The notes under the pieces: generated by a model
Seen by the model: the letters and a program-made list of their open reading frames with translations, nothing else
The model's database searches: none
Told to the model about the DNA's origin: nothing
Translations under genes and position numbers: made by a program
Assembly (NCBI GenBank): GCA_963773875.1
Contig: CAVZCV010000013.1
Span: forward strand, 82,852-146,851
Direction: 5' to 3'
From: Pirellulales bacterium
GTDB taxonomy: Bacteria; Planctomycetota; Planctomycetia; Pirellulales; JADZDJ01
Length of the DNA stretch: 64,000 bases
Shown: positions 1-7,894 of the stretch, piece after piece
How positions within the stretch are numbered: the stretch's first letter is position 1
How the letters are laid out: each line of letters opens with the position of its first letter

Positions 1-1
1 C

Positions 2-289
2 GATGGCCGTTATTACGCGTTCTATCACGGCAGCGGAACGCCGATACGGCCGCGCACTTGGACGACCGATGTCGCCATGTCGACCGATCGAATTCACTGG
101 AAAAAATATCCCGGCAATCCGCTCGTGCCCGGCGATCGCTCGAGCGGCATCGTGGTGCCAATCGCTAGCGAATCGAACAGTGTCGGCAAGGCCGCTGCCA
201 GCGGCAACGAGTTCGAGTTCAAATCGCCCACCAAGTTTCGGCTCTACACGATGCACGACAAAGTTGAATGTTTTCTGCCCGCCAAATAG
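2..289 (+). CDS. 3' end of a gene truncated by the window edge; beta-propeller glycoside-hydrolase-like C-terminus
   Basis: Frame 2 is open from nt 2 (DGRYYAFYHGSGTPIRPRTWTTDVAMSTDRIHWKKYPGNPLVPGDRSSGIVV...FLPAK*, stop 287-289). The S.D..HW....NPL pattern is typical of 5-bladed propeller glycosidases. Family assignment is from memory only. Confidence 0.5.
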   Translation, partial: DGRYYAFYHGSGTPIRPRTWTTDVAMSTDRIHWKKYPGNPLVPGDRSSGIVVPIASESNSVGKAAASGNEFEFKSPTKFRLYTMHDKVECFLPAK

Positions 290-582
290 CCAGTTTATGG
301 TCTGCTTATCGGTCTGTTCGGTGGCCTCTTCAACCGGCCGCCGCCGGCATACCGACCGCAAAGTTTGCCAACTTTGACTGACCGGAACCGCTGTCGCCGT
401 CAAGGTTTGCCAAACGAATGTCCCGGCGAAACGAGTTGTTAAAAGCCTGCCGGACGTGCCGATGATTCGCTTGGGATCGCAATTGCCCGCCGGGCAAAGT
501 CTGCTGTCACGTCCTTTCCTTTGCGAATCCGCAAAACTGCCGGTCCCATCAATCCCGTTTTTCACCGTCGCCGTTCGCGCCG

Positions 583-1656
583 ATGACGCACGACCATTGC
601 GCCCGCACTCGAGTAGTGACAACTCTGGTTGTCTTCTCGGCTCGCATTGCGCTTGTAATGTGTGCCCTGCTGGCAGCGCGAAATGCGGCCGCTCAGTCGT
701 CGGCATACAGCTCGCAAATCTACAGTGCGCACTCAGCGTCGTCGCTCGATTTTTCCAATCCGCTTCCACCACTGGATTCATCCGTTTCACAGCTCACCTC
801 CCTCGATGCCTACGCTGCTCATTCCAGTTGGAATCCGCCGCCGGCGGCCACTTCGCCGTGCATCAGTTGCCAATCGAATTGCGATGGCGACCAGTGGCAC
901 TCGCAAGTGCTGCCTCAAACGCTCATCTATCAGTCGTACATGGCCGGCGCCAAAGAGCCGCGCATGGCGTCGTTTTGGAATCAGAACAGCGTGACAGGCA
1001 CCACGTGGGATGTCGCGCTCGGCGGACGCGCCGGCATTTGGCGCTACGGCAACGACAATCCCGATTGGCCTGAAGGCTGGGAAGTCGATCTGGAAGGCGC
1101 CGTTTTTCCGCGACTCGATCCTTTGGCCGAAAGCACTCCGCTCATCAGCAGCGACTACCGCTTTGGCATTCCTGTCACCTACGGCAAAGGCCAGTGGCAA
1201 TTCAAAACCGGCTACTACCACATCAGCTCCCACCTGGGCGATGAGTATTTGCTGTACGTGAATCCGAACGCCAATCGCATCAACTTTGTTCGCGACGGCG
1301 TTGTGTTCGGCACCGGCTATTTCTTCACGCCGGAGTTCCGCTTGTACGGCGAAATTGGCGTGGCCACCACCGATGGCGGCGCGGAACCGCTTGAATTCCA
1401 GTTCGGATTCGATTGGGCGCAAGCTCGCAACACCGGCCTGCGCGGCGGACCGTTTCTGGCGCTGAACACGAACTTGAGAGAAGAAGTCGACTACGGCGGC
1501 GACATTGTCGTGCAGTTCGGTTGGATGTGGCGCAAATATGCCCGCGGTGCGAACCTGCGCATCGGCGGCGAGTACTTCTACGGCAAGAGCGACCAGTTCG
1601 AATTCTTCCACCAGACCGAATCGCGCATCGGCTGGGGAATTTGGTATGACTTCTAA
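583..1656 (+). CDS. secreted / outer-membrane beta-barrel-like protein (possibly DUF1207-type)
   Basis: 357-aa ORF with a signal-like hydrophobic N-terminus (VVTTLVVFSARIALVMCALLAARNAAAQ). It is Gly/Tyr/Trp-rich and ends ...GWGIWYDF* (terminal aromatic, as in OM barrels). The antisense 413-aa ORF 787..2028 is a shadow ORF. Confidence 0.65.
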   Translation: MTHDHCARTRVVTTLVVFSARIALVMCALLAARNAAAQSSAYSSQIYSAHSASSLDFSNPLPPLDSSVSQLTSLDAYAAHSSWNPPPAATSPCISCQSNCDGDQWHSQVLPQTLIYQSYMAGAKEPRMASFWNQNSVTGTTWDVALGGRAGIWRYGNDNPDWPEGWEVDLEGAVFPRLDPLAESTPLISSDYRFGIPVTYGKGQWQFKTGYYHISSHLGDEYLLYVNPNANRINFVRDGVVFGTGYFFTPEFRLYGEIGVATTDGGAEPLEFQFGFDWAQARNTGLRGGPFLALNTNLREEVDYGGDIVVQFGWMWRKYARGANLRIGGEYFYGKSDQFEFFHQTESRIGWGIWYDF

Positions 1657-1925
1657 AGCCGGCTTCAGAATCTGCTGCCCTTGGAGTGGCCGGGGCTGGA
1701 GGCGCCGCCGCGGCCCCGGGATGTCACCACCGCGAGTTCCGCGATCCGCAGGCCGCAGCGCTTCGAGTTTTTTCGCGACAGTGATTTTCGACTTTCTCCA
1801 GAAAGTCCGATAAATCTCGCTCCAAACGCCGGCGGCCAAAAAGGCCGGTGAACAAATCGGGCAATCGTCGCGCGTCTGCCCCGCGAAAAACGGGGCTCTT
1901 CGCGCCGGAATCCGGAAAAGCGAGT

Positions 1926-2019
1926 TTCGGAGTGAAATAACTGCAGTGCACTTTCTTCCCTGCGTAGGCGTTTTTGCAAATTTTGGATTGAGTTTTTTCA
2001 CAGTTATTTCACTCTCCGC
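1926..2019. repeat. intergenic palindromic element with 14-bp perfect inverted arms GAGTGAAATAACTG / CAGTTATTTCACTC
   Basis: Arms at 1930-1943 and 2001-2014 are perfect reverse complements, 57 nt apart. Pairing extends to CGGAG/CTCCG with a 2-nt bulge. A related inverted pair occurs at 61515-61587. Confidence 0.8.
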
Positions 2020-2685
2020 CTTTCTCACCTCAAATCGGCCGAAAACTTTCGATCGAATTGAGTGAGTTCTTTCACATCCAGGGCAGCATGTGCCTGTGTG
2101 TCTTGGTGTCTGAGTTGCCCGCCCCTACGCAGACAAGACTCTTTGAAAATCGCCTGCCAGCCGCATTAGACTGGCCCATGCGCAGGACACGAGACAACCC
2201 TCAGACACCTAGACCCTTGATTTGTTTAAATTGCCAAAGAACATCGGCCCCAATGTCTCGGAGCCGCACGCTGTCGATTCATAGATATATTACTGAACAT
2301 ACGATACAGTGTCAAGAGCCTTTTTTGGGCCACGGGCAAAATGTTTCTACCTGAGACGCAAAGGCACGGAGCCAGCAGGTTTATGGGTAATCTACGGAGC
2401 CTTGCCCGTAAGGAGGCGGTGGATGCTCTGTCTAGGAAATGCAGATTACTGATTGCGGAATGCAGAATGCCGGGCGCAAAATTGAGGCCTCAGACGAGCC
2501 CTAGTCGCGAAGATGCAACGGAAAGGCTGGATATCGAGCGAAAAATCCCGACATAAACCAGGGCCAGTTCACGATTTCCGATTGTTGACACAAAAATGTC
2601 GGGTTTATATTGTCGGCAAATTGTCCCGCTAGTTGGATATCGAATCGGAGTTAGGCCGTAATAACAAACATTCGAACGCAGCTTC

Positions 2686-3165
2686 ATGGGTTTCGATTTC
2701 TTTATGACCGTACCTCCCGCAGAAGCTCAGGGATATCGGCCCGAGTTGTCTGACCGCCCGGACTGGTTTCGATTCTCGTGGCGGGGCATGGCAATGGTCT
2801 ACCGGTCCATGCTACTTGCGGGAGCGATTGAAGAAGTTACACACCAACCCGCTCTACCCCCGAACACTGAAACGACCTCTCCTGACGAGTCACTTCTTAG
2901 GGATAAGCTCTTGAAGACCGAGTCCGAAATCGGCGGAGCAGTTCCGGCTTTCAAGTTCACGAGCAATTCTGGCTGGCTCGTCGCGCCGGCCGAGTGCGCA
3001 ATCATCGCCTCACGTTTGGAGGAAGCGTTGAGTGTAGACCCCGTATCTCTTCACCCTCTCGAGAACCCTGATGCGGCATCCCTGGATGACTACATGACTC
3101 TCCTTCGTGAATGGGTCGCGTACAACCATCTCGCGGCTAAGCATGAGGGCTACCGAGTGCGATGA
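2686..3165 (+). CDS. hypothetical protein (159 aa), no recognisable family
   Basis: ATG-initiated ORF with balanced, non-shadow composition. First of three same-strand small ORFs in an ORF-poor, locally AT-richer region. No motif I can name. Confidence 0.45.
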   Translation: MGFDFFMTVPPAEAQGYRPELSDRPDWFRFSWRGMAMVYRSMLLAGAIEEVTHQPALPPNTETTSPDESLLRDKLLKTESEIGGAVPAFKFTSNSGWLVAPAECAIIASRLEEALSVDPVSLHPLENPDAASLDDYMTLLREWVAYNHLAAKHEGYRVR

Positions 3166-3238
3166 GGCAGTGCGGCCTAACCTGTCATTAGAGCGGGCTC
3201 GCTTCGCTCGCCGAACTTAGATCGTTAGGCAGCATCGT

Positions 3239-3670
3239 ATGGCTGAACTTCCCGATTCTATTCACGAAGAGATCAAGCGTCTTTGCGCCATTGGGGACGA
3301 GCATACTGGACGACAGTCTTTTTCCAATGCGCTTGCGAGCTACTGGGCTGCTTGGGATTTGCTACCTGAGCCTAAGACGGACTGGGAGGCTGCCACATGG
3401 ATTCTGGTTGCGATTGGCGATGCGAATTACCTTGGCAGAGACTATGCCGCTGGATGCGACAATCTGTCGACCGCGATGAGATGTCCGGGAGCAGTCGGGA
3501 ATCCATTCATTCATTTTCGACTTGGCCAGTGCCAGTTTGAACTCGGAAACCGCGAGCGTGCCGCTGACGAGTTGATGCGTGCTTATATGGGGGCAGGCCG
3601 AGAGATTTTCGACCAGCACGATCCAAAGTATTTTCAGTTTCTCGCGAGCCGCGCTAAGGATATACGATGA
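3239..3670 (+). CDS. hypothetical helical-repeat (TPR-like) protein, 143 aa
   Basis: ATG ORF. Helix-rich sequence with A/L/Y/W spacing reminiscent of TPR pairs (ALASYWAAWDLL..., GNRERAADELMRAYMGAG). The family call is weak. Confidence 0.5.
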   Translation: MAELPDSIHEEIKRLCAIGDEHTGRQSFSNALASYWAAWDLLPEPKTDWEAATWILVAIGDANYLGRDYAAGCDNLSTAMRCPGAVGNPFIHFRLGQCQFELGNRERAADELMRAYMGAGREIFDQHDPKYFQFLASRAKDIR

Positions 3671-3773
3671 TATTAGTACTTAACCATCCGCAGCCGCGAA
3701 CCCGGCCATCGCTCTCTGGTTGCAATTCACACGTTCCACGGGCTGGGTCGCTGAGATTGGGGCGTACGGCATC

Positions 3774-4133
3774 ATGACACCTCGAGAAATAGTCCAGCGA
3801 TGGGTAGAGCGTTTTAACGCGGGGGATGCCGATGGTTTAGCGGCGTTGTATGCGGATTCGGCTACGAACCATCAGGTCGCGAACGAGCCGATCGTCGGAC
3901 GCGCCGCGATCCATGCGATGTTTGTGCTCGAGTTTGCTGCCGCTAAGATGCACTGCATTCCTGAGCACATTTTTGAGGATGGCCAGTGGGCGATTTTAGA
4001 GTGGCGTGACCCGCTAGGTCTTCGTGGCTGCGGCTTTTTCCAGATCCAAGGCGGGCTCATTGTCTTCCAGCGCGGCTACTGGGATAAGCTGTCGTTTCTT
4101 CGCCTCCACAAATTGCCGATGCCGAGCGAATGA
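3774..4133 (+). CDS. SnoaL-like / NTF2-fold (ketosteroid-isomerase-like) protein
   Basis: MTPREIVQRWVERFNAGDADGLAALYADSATNHQV... is the canonical SnoaL/NTF2-like N-terminus. ATG at 3774 preferred over the TTG at 3720 of the same ORF. Confidence 0.75.
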   Translation: MTPREIVQRWVERFNAGDADGLAALYADSATNHQVANEPIVGRAAIHAMFVLEFAAAKMHCIPEHIFEDGQWAILEWRDPLGLRGCGFFQIQGGLIVFQRGYWDKLSFLRLHKLPMPSE

Positions 4134-4148
4134 AGAATGAAGATGTCT

Positions 4149-4259
4149 AGCGGTACGTGTGGGATTGAGATGAACGGCCCTTTCAGGGCCGGTGAAATTG
4201 TCGGTGTCCGGTTTCCCAGGCCGTTGGCCTGGGCTGGTGGAAGCGACCTTTCAGGTCGG
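4149..4259 (+). repeat. REP-like hairpin cluster, copy A
   Basis: agcggtacgtgtgggattgagatgaaCggccctttcagggcc...cccaggccgttggcctggg...cgacctttcaggtcg. By eye ~14 mismatches over ~111 nt versus copy C. Hairpins: GGCCCT-ttc-AGGGCC, CCCAGGCC-gtt-GGCCTGGG, CGACCT-ttc-AGGTCG. Confidence 0.8.
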
Positions 4260-4410
4260 CCTGGAGGCCACTTCCACTCAAACTCAAGCCAGCAAGCTTT
4301 GGATGACAGAGCACTGGCATAGCCAGTGGCACCCAGTGGGAGCGCGTTGGCAGAATCTAGACCGAGGGCTAGCCAGTGCGGATTTCTTCGGGATGTTCGT
4401 TTGCGTTCGT

Positions 4411-4495
4411 CCGGCCTGAAAGGCCGCTTCTGCTAGCCCAGGCCGAAGGCCTGGGATTCGAATTGATGAAAGGCCCGTTCGACCTGAAAGGTCGA
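4411..4495 (-). repeat. REP-like hairpin cluster, copy B (inverted orientation)
   Basis: ggcctgaaaggcc gcttctgctag cccaggccgaaggcctggg ... cgacctgaaaggtcg. Its central part equals the reverse complement of copy C (cttctgttagcccaggccgaaggcctggg). Confidence 0.75.
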
Positions 4496-4571
4496 TTCTT
4501 TAGAACTGCGAATCGGGTATAAGGAATCGCTCGATCCCACCATTCAAAAAAGGCCATCCGCGAGTTCCGCC

Positions 4572-5024
4572 GTGTCGCAATCGTTAGCGAAAGTGTATTT
4601 GCACGCCGTGTTCTCCACGAAAAATCGCGAACCGATTTTGGCCGACGCCTGGCGCGACGAGTTGTTTCACGTCATGGGCGGGTCGGCGAAAAACCTGGGG
4701 TGCCAATCACTGATTGTCGGCGGCGTGGCCGATCATGTGCATCAGTTATTCATTCTGGGTCGGACCATCACGATTGCCGACGCGGTCGGCAAGATCAAAT
4801 CGACCTCGTCGTTATGGGTCAATCAGACGCGCGGATTGCCCGCGCCATTTCATTGGCAAGCGGGCTACGGTGCGTTTTCGGTCAGCCAGTCGAATGTCGA
4901 GGCGGTTCGCGAATATATCCGCACGCAACCGGAGCATCACGAAAAGCAATCGTTTCAAGATGAATTACGTGAATGGTTGCGTCGGTACGAAATCGAATGG
5001 GACGAGCGGTACGTGTGGGATTGA
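4572..5024 (+). CDS. IS200/IS605-family Y1 (HUH) transposase, REP-associated (RAYT-like)
   Basis: 150 aa: MSQSLAKVYLHAVFSTKNREP...VADHVHQLF (HxH of the HUH motif) ...WQAGYGAFSVS (catalytic Tyr region). Typical 'transposase IS200-like' architecture. No TnpB partner. The 3' end overlaps REP copy C. Confidence 0.85.
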   Translation: MSQSLAKVYLHAVFSTKNREPILADAWRDELFHVMGGSAKNLGCQSLIVGGVADHVHQLFILGRTITIADAVGKIKSTSSLWVNQTRGLPAPFHWQAGYGAFSVSQSNVEAVREYIRTQPEHHEKQSFQDELREWLRRYEIEWDERYVWD

Positions 5025-5114
5025 GATGAATGGCCCTTTCAGGGCCGGCGGCATTGTTGGCGGCTGGTTTCCCAGGCCTTCGGCCTGGGCTAACAGAAGC
5101 GACCTTTCAGGTCG
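5006..5114 (+). repeat. REP-like hairpin cluster, copy C
   Basis: Starts inside the last 7 codons of the transposase ORF and has the same three hairpins as copy A. Stems are conserved while the inter-hairpin spacers and one loop differ. Confidence 0.8.
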
Positions 5115-5132
5115 AGACAGCCGCGCGGGATT

Positions 5133-7746
5133 TCAGCCACGAAGCTGAGCCCGTCGTCGGCGAAATCCGCACAGCAGGAGCGCCGGCAGGCCGAGCGCGA
5201 AAATGGTAATCGCTGTCGGTTCGGGTACAGAAACAGCTGAGCCGCCGCCTTGGGCAATGACGAGATCCAGCAGGCCTTGGATGTCGCGGTTCGTCACTGT
5301 GCCGGAGGAATCGAAGTCGCCGATCGAGGCCAGCTGCACCGGGCTGAGTGCGTTCGTCGATTTGTACGCATTCAAATCGGTTAGCGCGGAAAGCATGGAC
5401 GGAATATCGGCGGCGGTTACCTGGCCGTCGCGATTCCAATCGCCCTGCAAATAGGTTTTGATCACCGACAGCGTGCCCGAGGCGTAGAGCTGCGTGGTAT
5501 CCCAACCCAGCGGGCCGCCTGGAATGGCCGGCAGCGCCAGCGACGAGAACGCACCGCTTACGGTGCCCCAGTTCAAAATATCGAATGTTTGACCAAGCTG
5601 CGGATGAAAACCATTGATCAGCGAAACTTGCAGCTTGCCGCCAAGATCGAGTTGACCGCTGGCGTTCACCTGATCGAACTGCGTGCCGGGCGTAAGTCCA
5701 CCGATCTCGATGAAGAGCGTATTGGAATCTGTAAAGGCTACGTGACCGTCGAGCGAAACAGCCGCGGGACTGTTTCCTGGACTGTATCCGCCTTCGAACA
5801 GTTTCGCGCCAGTGCCGGTGAAGGCGCCGGCTCCACTGACGTGACCGAAAAACACCGCCGTGCTGCCGGCGCTCACGCGAAACAGATCGCCATTGTGAAC
5901 GACCGGGCCGTAAAACGTGACATTGCTATTACCACTGACGATGATTTGTCCGCCAGGCAGGTGGTCCGCCGGAATTTGCGGCGGCATTGGTAACTGCGCC
6001 GAAGATATCGCTCGTGCCGAACGACACGTTCAGCCCGGCGACGTTGTTCAGCCCGCCTGCAAAATCGACTTGTGCGTTGCGGACATTGATCTGCCCTGTC
6101 GCAACCGGTTGATTGTCGATGTCGTTAATGATCGTGTTATCGACCGACGAGGTAAACCGCATCGACGTGCCGATGGCATCAATGCGATTGAAGTTCAGCA
6201 CGTTGTTGCCGACAAGGCCACTTCCGTGCAGCACGCCAAGGTTTGAAAGAAATCCGCCGCTGATTTGACCGCCAGCCAGATCGACCTCGCCGTAGTTGTA
6301 CGCGCCAAAGTTGACGGCCGCGACTCCGCCGTTCAAATTCAATTTGGCTTTATCGTTGACGTACAGGAATTCATTCACGGTCAGTTGCCCGCTGGGCTGC
6401 AAGCGCAACTCGGCTACGCCAGAAATGTTGGCGTTCAGATCCAAACTGCGGACGGTCGTCGCCGTTGATGGTCCGGTAATGACAGTGCCGTAGTCTGGAT
6501 GGATGTTCGTCGAAACAACCGCGCGCGGCTTCAATCCGAATGACCAGTTGCTGGCGGAATCCCAATTGCCGCTCGTGTTGGCGGTGTACTCATACGATTG
6601 CTGCGCGACGAATATTCCCTTGCTTGAATCGGCAAACGTGGCCTGAAATGAGATGTTGCCATTGCTGATCGCGTCGGATCCCAGCGTGATTGAACTGATT
6701 TGTTTGCCATCGAGCAGCACTGACTTGTCGATCACTCGAGTTAGTGTGCCACCGTAATTCGTATACACACCTTGCTGGGTCCCGCTACCGGTCGCCAAAA
6801 ACGCAACCGAGCCACCGCTGAACGCGAGGGCAGAGAACGAACTGAAGTTTCCCGTGCCACTGGGAATTGGCGTTGTGCCATCTGCCACCGCGTTGAGCCC
6901 GCCGATATCGGTATAGACCCCGCCTTGCGCATTGCCCTGTCCGATGAAGGCGACGTTTCCGGCGCTGACGACCTGCGCATCTGGAAAGCTGATGAAACTC
7001 CCCGTGCCGCCGGGAATGGCCGTGCTCGTGTTGGCGATCACATGCAAAGAACCGCCGGTCGTGGCATAGATTCCTTGCTGCCCACTATTGCCGGTGGCGG
7101 AAAAAGCGAGCTCGCCGCCATCGATCGATGGCCCCGTGCCGAACCCGATAAAATTTCCAGTGCCGCTGGGAACTGCCGTGTTCCGATTAGCGACAACGTT
7201 CAAGCCCCCCACAGAGCTGTAAATGCCGTCTTGCGTTGGCCCGCCACTTGTGAACGCTCCACGAAAGACAACATTGCCGCTACCATCCATCGAGGGCGAA
7301 TTGAAAGCATTAAACTGGAAGCCGGCGCTGCCGGGAACCGGCGTGGAAAAATCGGCCACGCGAACTAAATCGCTCGTATACACCCCACTTCCCGTTGGAC
7401 TGGGCGTGAACGCAATCTTGCTGCCACTAACCGTGCGCAGATTAAACCCGAGGAAATTGCCGGCGCCATCGGGGATCGGCGTGTTGGTATCGACAAGCTT
7501 GGCCAGCACGCCTCCGTTGCTCACATACGCCGCAACATAGTTGCTGGGCGAAGTCCGGGTGCCGGTTAGCGCCACGTTGAACCCATCGAGCGCCGGCGTG
7601 GTGCCAAATGCGTTAAATGTGCCGGTCACGAGCGGAACGGTAGTGTTCGTATCCGCAATTTTTGCGAAATCATAATCAACGGCCCCGCTGCGATTCGCAG
7701 CGAATAAGACGACTACTGCACAAACAAATAATTTCGCGCGACTCAT
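5133..7746 (-). CDS. PEP-CTERM-anchored surface protein with NxxGxxAF-like tandem repeats and a dockerin-like pair; reading frame broken once
   Basis: ORF 5929..7797 (real start MSRAKLFVCAVVVLFA at 7746; ~8 repeats of T.IP.GTGNF..F....GG.VAF.....GIY) continues in ORF 5133..5987 (GDWNRDGQVTAADIPSML / GDFDSSGTVTNRDIQGLLD, then VPEPTAITIFALGLPALLLCGFRRRR). The same domain order is contiguous in the paralog 7895..10294. Junction ~5965-5985 at an AAA/TTT run. Confidence 0.8.
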
Positions 7747-7894
7747 GTTGAAACTCCCAGGTTGGAATGCGGCTGCTCTTCTTCGTTCCAGGAACACAGC
7801 CGCTTAGCGCAGCAGCGTCGGCATTATTCCCGAAATTAGAGGGGGATGCAACAAGAGCCGCACGCGTTCGGACGCGAGAGAGTCTGCGAGGCAT

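Larger units (their letters stand above)
4149..5114 (+). mobile_element. REPtron-like unit: REP-like hairpin clusters flanking a Y1 (IS200-like/RAYT-like) transposase gene
   Basis: Three related ~85-110-nt units (4149-4259 direct, 4411-4495 inverted, 5006-5114 direct) surround ORF 4572..5024. Each unit carries 2-3 short hairpins with a TTC/GAA triloop. Confidence 0.75.

Noticed and set aside
787-2028. 413-aa ORF on the minus strand
   Set aside because: It lies antisense to the well-supported 583..1656 gene. It has an Arg/Ala/Gly-rich shadow composition typical of high-GC antisense frames and no recognisable motif.
2058-2687. Small ORFs 2058..2354, 2341..2556 and 2490..2687, and a TTGACA…TATATT promoter-like pair at 2585-2611
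   Set aside because: The ORFs have no supporting features and overlap each other. The hexamer spacing is only 15 nt, so the promoter call is too weak to list as a feature.
4137-4557. Small ORFs 4137..4322, 4192..4419, 4369..4557 and the tail of 4714..5148 (…GTCGIEMNGPFRAG…)
   Set aside because: They are translations of the REP-like hairpin units. The peptide similarity merely mirrors the DNA repeat.
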